Positions 39,357 to 51,625 of a DNA stretch of 64,000 bases are shown here, piece by piece (the stretch's first letter is position 1; the number at the start of each line of letters is the position of its first letter). The translations under genes were made by a program, and so were the position numbers. The stretch comes from Truepera sp. (lineage in GTDB: Bacteria; Deinococcota; Deinococci; Deinococcales; Trueperaceae), in the NCBI GenBank assembly GCA_965218435.1, contig CBDCKW010000009.1, positions 768,001-832,000 of the forward strand. Reading direction: 5' to 3'. The notes beneath the pieces were generated by a model. That model was not told the DNA's origin. It did not search any database and saw only the letters and a list, made by a program, of their open reading frames with translations.

Positions 39357-41137
39357 CTATATCTGTTTGGTTCTGAACGCTTCAAGTTCAGATAACAATT
39401 CAAGTAAATCTTGTGGTATCTCGTTTCTATGCATTGCCTCAACTATTCTAGCATTGGTGAGAGATATACCGAACTCTTGATATTTGGTGCGTAGTTCAGC
39501 CAGGACTTCTTTCCCTGATACAAGTTTCATACGTGTATCTAGGTCTTCCCACTGGGCATCAACTTTCTCAAGGGTTTCCTGATGAATAGTTGAAGAGTCT
39601 TTTTTGTTGGATCGAAAATAGTTTTCACGTTCTTTGAGCAGCTGAGCAACGACATGATTTTTTTGGAGTCTGTGATGTTGCGGAGTAAATCCTGCATGTC
39701 AGGAACTGGCTGGAGTTCCTCGTTAGCTCGAGCAGCACGTTCAGCTACAGCTCGTTTAACTGCTCTATCAAGTACGGAAGGGATAAGTAGATAGTTCTCG
39801 ATTTCCTTGCGTTCATGAACGTGCGCTACCACAAGATTCTTTTTGAGAGAAGAGCTTATGTGTTCGATTTCTTCGTCACAATGAAAGTCTTTATCGTAGA
39901 TGGCTCCGATATGTAACTTCGTTCCTAATGCATCCTCGATACCTTCGGCAAGTGTAGTCACTTTTTGCCATGAGCCGAATCCTCCAGATTCGAGCGCAGT
40001 GATACCAAGTCCAGAGGAAAGTTCTGTAAGCCCAATTTTCTTTGCAATACGTCGCAGCAGACGAAAATCGCTATCGCCTTCAATAAACAAAATTTTCCTG
40101 TTTCGTGCCAGTGCTGTCAGAGTGATGTTTTGAATCGAACCTACTGTAGCTAGTGCTCTCTGAACTCCTGTAATATCACGTAAGCGTTCTGCACGTTGTT
40201 TCTTTTTGTCAATTAGTAAAATTTCGGTGGGGTCAGCTTCAGCCATAATTTCTGTCGAATGTGTGGCTAGTAAGATATCTGGCCCAGCTTCACGAAGCAA
40301 ACCTAACAGTTGTCTTTGGACATCTGGATGCAAGTAAACTTCGGGCTCGTCAACAATAAGTAATGAACTATGCCTTGATCGAGACACGTGAGTAAGTAAT
40401 TGACACCAAACTTGAAAACCAAAACCGGCCCAATAGAGTTCACGTGTGATACGGTTCTCGAGGCAAAACATCGCTAGTTCACCGTTGATTGGGTCTGCAA
40501 GTTCGGGCGGCTGAATTTCCATTCCAGGCCAGGTAGTTGCAACTAAGTCGGCAAACTCAGAGAATCCTTGGGGAAAGTGATTCCAATAGCTTCTGAAGTG
40601 GCGAGAAGCTCTGTGTGTGCTAAGACCGGCAACAACAGTGTCTTTCTCGCGCTGCTTTTCTCTATGCTCTACAGGACCAAGTACGGGCACTACTGTTATG
40701 TCCAAAGGAAAGTGTTTTCGGAAGCTGCTAGGAGACGTGACAAGTGAACCATCCCTACTTTTTGGGATTAGATAGCAACCTCCAGTTCGAGGAAAAATCA
40801 ATTTCAGACGTGAGCCATTACTGAGATTGAAGCTGATAAAAGTATCTGCGTTTGAGTAATCAGTGTGAACGTTTTCAAGAGAAATCGGAAGGAGTTCGTT
40901 CTTGATAATATATCCACTAAGAATTTCTTCGTCAGATACGCGAACTCTTTCGGCAGATTTAGATCGAGCGACGCGAAGCCCAGCCGCAAGAGTCCGAAAA
41001 GCGCCCAGTATTGTTGATTTACCAGAGTTGTTAGGGCCAACTAGCAAATTTATACGATCAAGAGAAAGCGTGTAGTTTGCGAATGCTTTGAACTGACTAA
41101 ATGTTACTGTTGTCAATCGGGCGTTTACTTCGGGCAC
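39357..41137 (-). pseudogene. ABC-ATPase + TOPRIM nuclease (OLD or fused PARIS-like), frameshifted at an A7 tract
   Basis: GPNNSGKST, GFGFQ signature, IVDEPEVYLHP, ATHS, FIEGDSD, YDKD, KEIENYL. The frame continues after one added A at 39658-39664 (…VSGKEVLAEL…) to a stop at 39357. AT-richer than flanks. Confidence 0.8.
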
Positions 41138-41229
41138 GTACTAGTTTACCTGCTCCGAATTGTATAGATGGCATAATTTTCTTACCAAAGCGGTATGCCA
41201 TCCATCCTGTACAGCGTGAAATTTAGTCT

Positions 41230-42164
41230 CTAGGCTAACTCTCTATTCTTCATCGCTCCCATCATCGCCGCCCCCATATCCGTCGGCGTCGGCGCAACCA
41301 CCACCCCGGCGTCTTTTAAGGCCGCCATCTTATCGGCAGCCGTCCCTTTCCCACCCGAGATAATCGCCCCGGCGTGCCCCATACGTTTGCCCGGTGGGGC
41401 CGTCGTCCCGGCGATAAAGCCCGCCACGGGTTTGGTCATGTTGGCTTTGATCCAGGCGGCGGCTTCTTCCTCGGCGGTGCCGCCGATTTCACCGATCATC
41501 ACCACGCCTTCGGTTTCCGGGTCGTCGTTAAACATTTTCAAGACGTCTACAAAGTTGGTGCCGTTTACGGGGTCGCCGCCGATACCCACAGCGGTCGTCT
41601 GGCCGAGACCGTTTTGGGTGAGCTGATGCACCGCTTCGTAGGTCAGCGTACCCGAGCGCGAGACGACGCCGATTTTACCTGCCTGATGGATGTATCCGGG
41701 CATAATCCCAATTTTGCATTCGTGCGGGGTAATGACGCCGGGACAATTTGGCCCGATGAGGCGGACATGTTTGTCCTCTAAATATCTTTTGACCCGGACC
41801 ATATCCATAATGGGAATGAGTTCAGTTATACAAACGATAAGTGGAATTTCGCTTTCTGCAGCTTCCATAATAGCGTCAGCAGCAAAAGCTGGGGGAACAT
41901 AGATAGCCGAGGCATTTGCACCCGTCGCTTCTACAGCTTCTCTAACGGTATCAAAGCTAGGTACATCTACATCGTACGTGTCGCTGCGGCCAGGTACGCC
42001 GCTGTGGTCAGTTTCACCCTCGAAGTGGACTGTCTGTCCCCCCTTACCGGGCCGAACCGCGCCGACAACCTGTGTACCGTATGCAATCGCTTTGTCTGTG
42101 TGAAAAGTTCCTGCTTCGCCGAGACCTTGGACGATAACTTTTGTATCTCTATTAACTAAAATGC

Positions 42165-42168
<4 letters not shown>
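41230..42168 (-). CDS. sucD: Succinyl-CoA synthetase alpha subunit
   Basis: [28 protein letters not shown]. Confidence 0.98.
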
Positions 42169-43391
<1,223 letters not shown>

Positions 43392-43531
43392 CTTTGCCTC
43401 CAGTGGTATCGGTATAAGTGAGCTGTTCTCATCCGCTTTAGCCTACCGCGTCGCGTGGACGGCTGCCACACGCCCGCTTCCCTTCTGTACACATCAAGAC
43501 TCGAGCTTGAGCGGCGGGTATGCTGTTGGCT

Positions 43532-44029
43532 ATGATTCGGACTGCCATTTTAACGGTAAGTGATAAGGGTGCGGCAGGTCAACGAGGCGACACCACGGTT
43601 GACGGGGTTCGTGCGCTCCTGCAAGACGGCTTTGCTGAAACTGATTACAAGGTCGTCCCGGATGAGCCGGAGAAGATAAGGGCACAGCTCGAGACGTGGG
43701 CCGATTCGGGCGAGGTTGACCTGATTGTAACGACCGGCGGCACCGGACTCGCGCCGCGTGACCGGACGCCCGAAGCAACGAGGGCCGTCTTAGATTTTGA
43801 AGTTCTCGGTCTAGCCGAGGTGATGCGGGCCGAAGGTGTCAAGAAGAACCCAAAAGCGGCGTTGTCGCGGGGACTCGTCGGTGCGCGGAAGGAGACGTTA
43901 ATTGTCAACCTGCCGGGGAGTCCGAAGGGAGCTAAAGAGTCGTTAGAGGCAATTTTGGAGGTTCTCCCGCATGCGGTTGACACCTTAAAAGCCGAGAAAG
44001 AAAATGCGCCCGAAGATTGGCACCAGTAG
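43532..44029 (+). CDS. mog: Molybdopterin adenylyltransferase (MogA/MoaB family)
   Basis: LTVSD, TTGGTG..PRD.TPEAT, NLPGSP. Confidence 0.92.
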   Translation: MIRTAILTVSDKGAAGQRGDTTVDGVRALLQDGFAETDYKVVPDEPEKIRAQLETWADSGEVDLIVTTGGTGLAPRDRTPEATRAVLDFEVLGLAEVMRAEGVKKNPKAALSRGLVGARKETLIVNLPGSPKGAKESLEAILEVLPHAVDTLKAEKENAPEDWHQ

Positions 44030-44055
44030 GTGAGGTCAGGTCAGCTAGCTCCGTG

Positions 44056-44240
44056 CCTCTTGAGGCACCTCTACACGCCTAAGCCCTAGCGTAGCGATCA
44101 TCCTAATCACGACTGCAAACCAAAGCGTCGCAAGTCGCAAAAGGAGTGTCGCTGCGCCCGCATCGGTTACACCCGCACCGGTCACGCCGAGCAGCAAGAT
44201 CATCGCCACTGCGGTGCCGCCCAGACCGCCGGATAAAGAT
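44056..44240 (-). pseudogene. C-terminal remnant of an LPG-synthase-TM/flippase-like membrane protein
   Basis: A minus frame reads SGGLGGTAVAMILLLGV…AATLLLRLATLWFAVVI…*; no start or upstream part. Confidence 0.6.
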
Positions 44241-44339
44241 GGCTGTATCTGAAAATTACGAGGAGGGGCAGCTCGAGCCCATTACCCGTGCTCTGTACAA
44301 ACGCGTTGACATAGTTCCTAAACACAGACTACCCAACGT

Positions 44340-45233
44340 CTAAACCCCGCTGGTCTCTTGGTAGGGCTCAGCGTAGACGCCGCGCAGATCATTAAGCCGG
44401 ATTTCAAAAAGTTCCCGTGTCATTGCCAGCGGCGAGAGCAGAGGATTGATGCGACTTTCGTTCATGTGCCGACAGACGACGCCTACCTCACGCGTCCGGC
44501 AACCGTATTTGTTGGCTAAGTAGATGATCTCGGTGTCAAAACCGAATCCGTCAATTCTGGCGAGCGCGAACAAGCGCCTGGCAACGTCGCCGTGAAACGC
44601 CTTAAAGCCGCTTTGCGTATCCCGAATATCGGTACGGATGACGGTTTGCACGAGTTTATTAAAGGTGCGTCCCATCAGCTCCCGGTACCACGGCTGATGC
44701 GCTGAATCCGACTCGGGCAGTGCGCGTGAAGCGAGGGCGATGTCACAGTCACCACGCATAATAGGCGGCAGCAGTTTTTCCATCTCTTCAACCGGATAAC
44801 TCAGGTCGGCGTCGGTAAAAAGCACCTCGCGCCCAACCGAAGCGAGGACGCCTTGCCTTACCGCGAAGCCTTTGCCCCGGTTGACGGGCCGGTTTTTGTC
44901 ATCGTTGTAGTGTACGACACGCACCCACGCCTTATCCCGTGCAAACTCCTTAGCGACCTCGCGCGTCGCGTCGCGCGAGCCGTCATCTACGATTAAAAGC
45001 TCAGCTGAGAGACCCTGCGCACACCGATATTCAGCGATACGCTCGAGCGTGGCCGGCAACCGCTTCGCTTCATTAAAGGCGGGTACGACGAGCGAAAGAG
45101 CATACGAGGTACAGGCGGCGGGCGTGATAACGTGCGTGACCGGTTTGCCGTGCTCGCCCCGACGCGTCTCGGCTCGCCCTGCGGAATGTTTGGGCCGTAA
45201 AGAGACCGGCGAGGTGACGGAAGTGCGTTTCAC
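44340..45233 (-). CDS. GT2 polyprenol-phosphate glycosyltransferase
   Basis: VVPAFNE, VDDGSRD, NRGKG.AVRQG, DADLS, DTQSGFK, GFGFDTE. Confidence 0.92.
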   Translation of the reverse strand: MKRTSVTSPVSLRPKHSAGRAETRRGEHGKPVTHVITPAACTSYALSLVVPAFNEAKRLPATLERIAEYRCAQGLSAELLIVDDGSRDATREVAKEFARDKAWVRVVHYNDDKNRPVNRGKGFAVRQGVLASVGREVLFTDADLSYPVEEMEKLLPPIMRGDCDIALASRALPESDSAHQPWYRELMGRTFNKLVQTVIRTDIRDTQSGFKAFHGDVARRLFALARIDGFGFDTEIIYLANKYGCRTREVGVVCRHMNESRINPLLSPLAMTRELFEIRLNDLRGVYAEPYQETSGV

Positions 45234-45566
45234 GGTTTTTAATCTATCATAAGGTGCTGCTCTAAAAGTATGAGCCTGGAACTAAGCCATTACGGACCGT
45301 GAAACAGCCTACCGAAGTTTATCAAAGGTGGATTGTCTTTAAGTAAGCATAATGAAGAGGAAAACACGCGCACCACAAGGCTGGGCAGTTGCCCCTTCCA
45401 AACTACGCCTTTCAAAAGCGCGGAGAGCTTGACTGAAAGCGCGGCAGGTGGCAACGCCCAAAGCTCGAGCTGATCAAATCTGCGTTACCATATGCTTGTG
45501 TAAAGATAAGTGTGGCGGAGTTTTTAACTCTTACCAACCTGAAAAACCTGATATTTAAGAGGTTAT

Positions 45567-47762
45567 ATGCGTATGAAACCCCTACCTGCCACGTCTAAGG
45601 CTACAGCGCCACGCCGATTATCCCTGCCGCTCGTTCTAATCGCGCTGCTAGGCGCTGCGTTTGCCCTCTACCGTTTTGGTCTCCACGTCCTTAATCCAGA
45701 AAATATCTCTTGGTTTCGGGGCGATTCGGTAGGGCACTTTTTGGCGTGGCACTTTTTCCGGCGTGAGCCCTGGAGGTTTCCCCCCGGTGAGATTAGCGGC
45801 CTGCTCGCACCGCTCGGCACAAGTATCGGCAGCGCCGACGGTCTGCCACTGTTTGCTTTCCCGTTCAAGCTTTTTAGCGCCGCGTTGCCCCCCGACTTTC
45901 AGTATCTAGGTCTGTGGCTGTTTATCTCTTATGCACTTCAGGCTGTGTTTGGCTATCTGCTGCTGCGAACCTTTTGCCGGAGCCGCTGGCTGGCGCTTTT
46001 AGCCGGACTCTTTTTTCTCGTCAGCCCTATTATGATCTTCCGCGCCGGACACATCGCGCTCTCCGGCCACTGGATCCTTTTGTTTGCGCTCTGGCACTAC
46101 TTTAAGACAGCTCAGGAGCCGAGCTTTCGGCTTCGCCGCTACGCCGGGGTATGGCTTCTCATCGTCGCCCTCGTCGGCCTGATTCACCCCTACTTAGCGG
46201 CGATGGTTTTTCCGATCGCGTTCGCGTCGCTGCTACGTGAGCGGCTTCGCAAAAAGCTGACGCTCGTCTCTGCGTTTGGTCTGCTGCTGGGGATGAGCGG
46301 CGTGCTGGCGCTCGAGTGGTGGTTGTCGGGTCTGCTAGGAACCGGGCAAGAGTTGGGGAAATGGGGGTTTGATTACTTCTCAATGAACCTCAACGCGCTC
46401 TTTAACCCAATGACCCATTCCCGGCTGTTACCGACGCTGCCTACCGGTGGCGGGCAGTACGAAGGTCTCGCCTATCTGGGGCTCGGGATGATCATCCTCA
46501 GCCTCGTTGCCCTTACCTTGCTCTTTCGCAGCTCGGCCTTCACTGCGCCTCAGCGCGTCTTCAAACGCCTCCGCGCGTCCGGTCATCTACCGCTCGCTGT
46601 TATCGCCTTCTGCTTCGCCCTCTACTCGCTCGGCAAATTCGTAACGTTCGGCGACGCCAAGCTGTTCGAGTTCGGTTTTTTCGCTAACTTCAGAACGTTA
46701 ACCGGGACGTTTCGCGCCCCCGGACGTTTTTTTTGGCCCACCTACTACCTTATCTACCTCGTCGTCTTGGTCTATCTCGTGCGGCGGCTGCCCCGCAGCG
46801 TTGCGGCGCTCGTGCTGAGCGCAGGCCTACTCTTGCAAGTAGGCGATTTGAAGATCAATCTACCCTTTAGAGACGGGCAACAGACCTTTACCAGAAACCT
46901 TGAGGACAACAGGTGGGCGCAGCTGATAGGGCCGTTTAAGACGCTTGCCCTGATTCCTGCTTTTGAGCGCAAGACCGCGAACCGAGACGATTACCTGGCG
47001 TTTGCCTACCTCGCTGCAAGTCAGGGAAAACAGGTCACGACCGGGGCCGTAGCGAGGCTGCCGCTAGAGCTGTCTAACGCCAGGGACAGGTTAAGGGTGG
47101 AGGCCCTTGCGGGACCGAGGAGCCTCAATAGGTTGTATATTTTTAGTGCTGTCGCCTTCGCCCAACGTTACGCTCCTGAAATCGCTCCCGGTCTGCGCTG
47201 CTACAAACTTAACGCCTACGTCGCCTGCTACAACGACAAAGTCGAAAAGGTGGGCGGGATGGGGCCGGAAATCAACGTTCCTAGCTACATTCCGCAGGGG
47301 TACAAACGTGTCGAGCTAGCCGATTACCTCGAGACCTACCGCAAGCAAATCATCGTGATCGTGGCAAAAAAAGGTATTGGAGACCTTTCGGCCCGTGCGA
47401 GCCGCGCCCTTTTTAGAGGTGCGAGCACCCCGCCCGTGCCCCGTGACGGCTCCTACGCCGCTGTGATTCATCAGGGTTACGTGTCGTTTGAAGAGGTAAG
47501 CGAAGATAAAATTGCGCAAGAAACGTGGCACGAGGGCGACGTATTGGGGACCGGCACCGAAGCGTTCCGCGTCCCAAAAACTCTCAAGGTCTATTCGGTC
47601 GGGACGCCCGCTGCACGCGCGGCCAACGTCTTTTTAGACGGCAAGATGTTACTCGAGCCAGGGCGTGGCCTCAACATTGTCGTCCTCGACAAGAATTTTA
47701 GAGTCGTCTCTAAAGCACTTTTTGATACGTTCATTACTGACGAAGCAGTTGTTAAAAAGTGA
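45567..47762 (+). CDS. Multi-TM GT-C-like protein (DUF6311-like) with C-terminal ILEI-like domain
   Basis: About 11 TM segments, W.FFR.EPW.FP, YEG.AYLGLG, FRAPGRFFWP; C-terminal GRGLNIVVLD…FDT. Confidence 0.7.
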   Translation: MRMKPLPATSKATAPRRLSLPLVLIALLGAAFALYRFGLHVLNPENISWFRGDSVGHFLAWHFFRREPWRFPPGEISGLLAPLGTSIGSADGLPLFAFPFKLFSAALPPDFQYLGLWLFISYALQAVFGYLLLRTFCRSRWLALLAGLFFLVSPIMIFRAGHIALSGHWILLFALWHYFKTAQEPSFRLRRYAGVWLLIVALVGLIHPYLAAMVFPIAFASLLRERLRKKLTLVSAFGLLLGMSGVLALEWWLSGLLGTGQELGKWGFDYFSMNLNALFNPMTHSRLLPTLPTGGGQYEGLAYLGLGMIILSLVALTLLFRSSAFTAPQRVFKRLRASGHLPLAVIAFCFALYSLGKFVTFGDAKLFEFGFFANFRTLTGTFRAPGRFFWPTYYLIYLVVLVYLVRRLPRSVAALVLSAGLLLQVGDLKINLPFRDGQQTFTRNLEDNRWAQLIGPFKTLALIPAFERKTANRDDYLAFAYLAASQGKQVTTGAVARLPLELSNARDRLRVEALAGPRSLNRLYIFSAVAFAQRYAPEIAPGLRCYKLNAYVACYNDKVEKVGGMGPEINVPSYIPQGYKRVELADYLETYRKQIIVIVAKKGIGDLSARASRALFRGASTPPVPRDGSYAAVIHQGYVSFEEVSEDKIAQETWHEGDVLGTGTEAFRVPKTLKVYSVGTPAARAANVFLDGKMLLEPGRGLNIVVLDKNFRVVSKALFDTFITDEAVVKK

Positions 47763-47770
47763 CGAGGTTG

Positions 47771-49300
47771 TCACAGTCCTTCCGGTGACTCATCCTCGGC
47801 TTCACGGCAGGTTTCCGCCGCGCACGCCTGGAGCCGTGCAGCGTGGTCTGAATACGCCTTGAGGACTCCCGGGTCCGTGCGAGAATAGAGATTATCTAGT
47901 TCAAAGGGGTCGTTTTGCAGGTCGTAAAGCTCACCCTCTTGGGTGCCGTCCTGATAGCTGTATTCGACAAACAAATGTCGTTTGCTCCGCACAGCGCGGT
48001 ATTTGGGAACCGGCCCTATAGGATAGTTTTCCTCTAACACGCTCCGAGGCCAAAACTCGGTTCCCACCGTCTGCCGCCACGGGACCGCGGCACTGTCGGC
48101 ACTGTTTCCACCGTCCCAAAGGGGTTTAAGCGACCGCCCATCAACGAATGCCGGGACGTTTGCACCGACCAGTCCGGCCAGCGTCGGCGCGAGGTCGGTG
48201 TTAAGCACTAACTCGCCTTTGGTCTGTCCTGTAGGAATTCCCGGCCCCCGGATAATCAGCGGAATCTGACTCGCGGCGGCGTAAGGGGTCAGCTTCATCC
48301 GCATCAAACGGTGCTCGCCGGAGTGAAAGCCTTGATCCGAGGTAAAGACGATATAGGTATTTTGCAGCTCACCCGCTGCTGCAAGGGTGTCTATCAGTCT
48401 GCCGACCATTTCGTCAACGGCCAAGAGCATTTCGGCTTGTTTACGGTAAGTCTCATCTTCGCCCGCGATTTGCGCTGCGTTCATCGGCAGGCGTTCCCTG
48501 ACCCAGCGCGGTTTATCGGAGACGTCGGCCTCGTTAAAGGCGGGTGACCGGGGCACTTGCAAGCCCAAGAGTTTATCTTTGTGCCGCTCAGCGGGAATAA
48601 CCGGCAGGTGCGGCGCGGTCGGGGCTAGGTAGAGAAAAAAAGGTTTGCTGCTCCGCCGGTTGCGCTGGATGAAGTTCACCGCTTGGTCTGAAAGCACATC
48701 GGTCTGGTAGTCGCTGGCTTTGCTGCCGTACCAGACGGCTCGGCCCCCCTCGTTGACGCGGTAGTTGTACATCTGATAGGGCCGGTTGTCGGGTGCATCA
48801 AAAAAGCCGAACCACTCGTTCCAACCCGGCGGGATGTAGCTGCGCCGGGGTTCCCGGTAGTTGGGCGGATTGTCTTCAGGTGGGCCGAACGGATACGAGT
48901 TTAAGTATTTGCCCATCAGCGCCGTTTCGTAGCCTTTGTCTTGTAACCACGTTGCCAAGGTCGAGGCTTCATAGCCGGTCTGGTAGAACTTCGGAAAGCC
49001 CCCCTGCGGCCCCCCGTTGGAATAGACCGTATGGTTGTGAACATATTGTCCTCGTAAAACCGTGGTGCGGGCCGGGCAGCAGAGGCTGGTCGTCGCAAAG
49101 GCGCTGCTAAACGTGACCCCTTGAGCGGCCAAGAGGCGCTGAACGTTGGGCATCACGGCGGTGAGTTCGGCGGGTTGGTCGTCGGTCATGAGATAGACGA
49201 TGTTCGGCCCGGTTTTTACGGGTACGGTGCAAGAAGACAGGGCGAGGAGTAGGCTCAGAGCAGCGGTGAGATAGCTAATTCGCACAGCCGATGCTAACAC
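47771..49300 (-). CDS. Sulfatase lipoprotein (N-acetylglucosamine-6-sulfatase-like)
   Basis: Lipobox LSSC, PNIV..MTDD, CCPAR formylglycine motif, GKYLN, APH, ELYDL..DP.EL.N. Start uncertain. Confidence 0.92.
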   Translation of the reverse strand: MLASAVRISYLTAALSLLLALSSCTVPVKTGPNIVYLMTDDQPAELTAVMPNVQRLLAAQGVTFSSAFATTSLCCPARTTVLRGQYVHNHTVYSNGGPQGGFPKFYQTGYEASTLATWLQDKGYETALMGKYLNSYPFGPPEDNPPNYREPRRSYIPPGWNEWFGFFDAPDNRPYQMYNYRVNEGGRAVWYGSKASDYQTDVLSDQAVNFIQRNRRSSKPFFLYLAPTAPHLPVIPAERHKDKLLGLQVPRSPAFNEADVSDKPRWVRERLPMNAAQIAGEDETYRKQAEMLLAVDEMVGRLIDTLAAAGELQNTYIVFTSDQGFHSGEHRLMRMKLTPYAAASQIPLIIRGPGIPTGQTKGELVLNTDLAPTLAGLVGANVPAFVDGRSLKPLWDGGNSADSAAVPWRQTVGTEFWPRSVLEENYPIGPVPKYRAVRSKRHLFVEYSYQDGTQEGELYDLQNDPFELDNLYSRTDPGVLKAYSDHAARLQACAAETCREAEDESPEGL

Positions 49301-49392
49301 GCAGGTGCTGACGCGTAAGGGAGGCTCGAGCCGCCTTTTCCGGCCTACCGCTGGCTCAGAGAGCTTTACTGTTGCGCCCGTATGATGCCCTG

Positions 49393-49875
49393 ATGACGAC
49401 GCTGATTTTGGCCGGGTTGGTCTTTACGCTTTTTTATCTGGTCGGTGTTTTAAGCGTCGTGCTGCCTGCCTTGCCGGGAGTGCCGGTGGTCGCTGTCGGC
49501 GCACTTTTAGCCGCTTGGATAGGCGGGTTTCACACGCTGACCTGGACCACGGTGCTGATCGTCGCGGCGCTCGCGGCGTTCGCCTGGCTGCTCGACTACC
49601 TGGCGGCGGTTTTGGGGGCTAGGCAGTTCGGCTCGAGCCCAGCCGGTCTTTGGGGCAGCATCATCGGGTCTATCGTCGGCATTTTTTTCCCACCTTTGGG
49701 CTTTATCGTTGGGGCGCTCGTCGGCGCGGTCATTGCCGAACTTTTTGTCGGACGGCCCTTCGGCGAGGCGTTTCGGGCCGGTATCGGCGCGTTTGTCGGG
49801 ACGCTCGGGGGTATCGTCGCCAAAATCATCATCCTGGTCAGTATCGCCTTCGTGGTGTACCCGAAGTTTTTTTAA
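49393..49875 (+). CDS. DUF456 membrane protein
   Basis: P.LPG, GA..FG.S..G.WG..IG; TATGAT box 6 nt before the ATG. Confidence 0.85.
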   Translation: MTTLILAGLVFTLFYLVGVLSVVLPALPGVPVVAVGALLAAWIGGFHTLTWTTVLIVAALAAFAWLLDYLAAVLGARQFGSSPAGLWGSIIGSIVGIFFPPLGFIVGALVGAVIAELFVGRPFGEAFRAGIGAFVGTLGGIVAKIIILVSIAFVVYPKFF

Positions 49876-49952
49876 CGTTTATACTAGAGCGCATTTGTCT
49901 TGACGTTGCCCCTTCCTATATTCGGGCGGCGCGTCATCTGAAAGAGGTTTAG

Positions 49953-50873
49953 ATGGACCCCATTATGTTGCAACTCGGGCCGCTGGCGCTGCGCTGGTAC
50001 GGTTTTTTTATCGCGCTGGGCGTACTGATCGGCTCGAATTGGACGCTTTATGAAGCCAAAAAACGTGGGCTTGACACCGACAAGCTGCTCGACATGACGC
50101 TCTGGCTGGTGATCGCCGGACTTGTCGGCGCACGCCTCGTCTACGTCTTGACGAGTCCGGCGGCCTACTTTGGACCCGGCGGGAACCCGTGGAACGCCGT
50201 GGCCATCTGGCAGGGCGGCGGCAGCATTCACGGTGGCGTGTTGGGTATTTTTGTCGCCGTCTGGCTTTACTCACGTATCCATAAGCTCAACATGTGGTCA
50301 TACCTAGACGTGTTGACGCCGGTCGGCGCGTTCGGCGTCATCGGCGGGCGCTTGGGCAACTTTATGAACGGTTCGGACACGACCGGACGGGTGACGGGCT
50401 GGCCTATCGGTTTTACCTGGCCTGAACCGGGAACGCAGACCTTCGGCGCAGTGGGGCGCTTTATCTTCGGCGACGACCTCTGGGCCAACTCGCCGCAGGT
50501 CATTGTCAACGGTCAGGTCGCTTACGGGCCGGTTCACCTGACGCAAGGGTACGGTGTGCTGATCGGCATTGCACTTATTTTTATCTTGTTGTGGGCGTTT
50601 CGGCGGAGCCGCGCACCGGGATTTGTCTGGTGGCAGTTTGTCTTGTGGTATTCGGTGCTCCGGTCGGTGTTTGAAGAGACGTTTCGTAACAATCCGCTCT
50701 TTTGGAATGTGTATTTGCGTGAGGGTGTCAACTCGCCCGGTATCGGACTTTTTACGCTGACGCAGCTTGTCAGTGTGCCGCTGATTTTGGTGTCACTTTA
50801 CTTTTTGCTGACGTTAAACCCCGACCAACCGGTCAAACGCGACACGCTGACCCGGAAGGCCAGGGGACGTTAG
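49953..50873 (+). CDS. lgt: Prolipoprotein diacylglyceryl transferase
   Basis: LRWYG, GARLVYV, IWQGGGSIHGG, GRLGNFMN, H.TQ.Y, E.FR. Confidence 0.95.
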   Translation: MDPIMLQLGPLALRWYGFFIALGVLIGSNWTLYEAKKRGLDTDKLLDMTLWLVIAGLVGARLVYVLTSPAAYFGPGGNPWNAVAIWQGGGSIHGGVLGIFVAVWLYSRIHKLNMWSYLDVLTPVGAFGVIGGRLGNFMNGSDTTGRVTGWPIGFTWPEPGTQTFGAVGRFIFGDDLWANSPQVIVNGQVAYGPVHLTQGYGVLIGIALIFILLWAFRRSRAPGFVWWQFVLWYSVLRSVFEETFRNNPLFWNVYLREGVNSPGIGLFTLTQLVSVPLILVSLYFLLTLNPDQPVKRDTLTRKARGR

Positions 50874-51625
50874 TGCTGGGGGTGGTCATCTTGGCAGCGG
50901 GGCAAGGAACACGGATGCGTTCACCGCTCCCGAAGGTGCTCCACGAAGCGGCCGGAAAGCCGCTGTTAGAACATGTGTTGGGCGCGGTAGCACCCCTCGA
51001 GCCCGCCCAAACTGTCGTCATCGTCGGGCACGAGGCCGAGCAGGTCGAGGCGCGTTTTGCCGACTACCTTGTTCATGGCCACCCCTTGACCTTTGTACGG
51101 CAAGACTTTTCGCAGGGGTACGGCACAGGTGCAGCACTTAAGCAAGCTGAGGACGCTTTTGCTAACTTTGGGGACAACATCATGGTGCTAAGTGGTGACG
51201 TTCCTTTAGTTCGTACAGCGACGCTCCGTGCGCTTGCCCAAAGGCAAGCTGCTCAGGCTGAAGGCATGACCTTTTTGACGTGTATGATGGAAAACCCTCA
51301 CGGGATGGGACGCATTATCCGTGCGGGGGACGGCAGCGTCTCCCGTATCGTTGAAGAAAAAGACCTGACGCCTGCAGAACGAGAGATTCACGAGATGAAC
51401 CCTGCGCTCTACGTGTTTGACCGGCACGTGTTTGACTTGGCAGCTGAGCTTAAAAACGACAATGCGGCGGGTGAATACTACCTCACCGATCTCGTAGACC
51501 TCTATCTGCGTGCCCATCGCCCGGTGCAGACCGTTTTAGGCGATGACGAGACCGAGATTTTGGGTGTCAACGACCAAAAGCAGTTGGCGCACGTTGACCG
51601 GTTGCTCAGGGCTAGAACGGCCTAG
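50873..51625 (+). CDS. GlmU-like uridyltransferase domain only
   Basis: ILAAGQGTRMRS.LPKVLH, GTG.A, GDVPL, IVEEKD, N..GEYYLTD, GVND. Stops at 250 aa, before the hexapeptide domain. Confidence 0.88.
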   Translation: MLGVVILAAGQGTRMRSPLPKVLHEAAGKPLLEHVLGAVAPLEPAQTVVIVGHEAEQVEARFADYLVHGHPLTFVRQDFSQGYGTGAALKQAEDAFANFGDNIMVLSGDVPLVRTATLRALAQRQAAQAEGMTFLTCMMENPHGMGRIIRAGDGSVSRIVEEKDLTPAEREIHEMNPALYVFDRHVFDLAAELKNDNAAGEYYLTDLVDLYLRAHRPVQTVLGDDETEILGVNDQKQLAHVDRLLRARTA

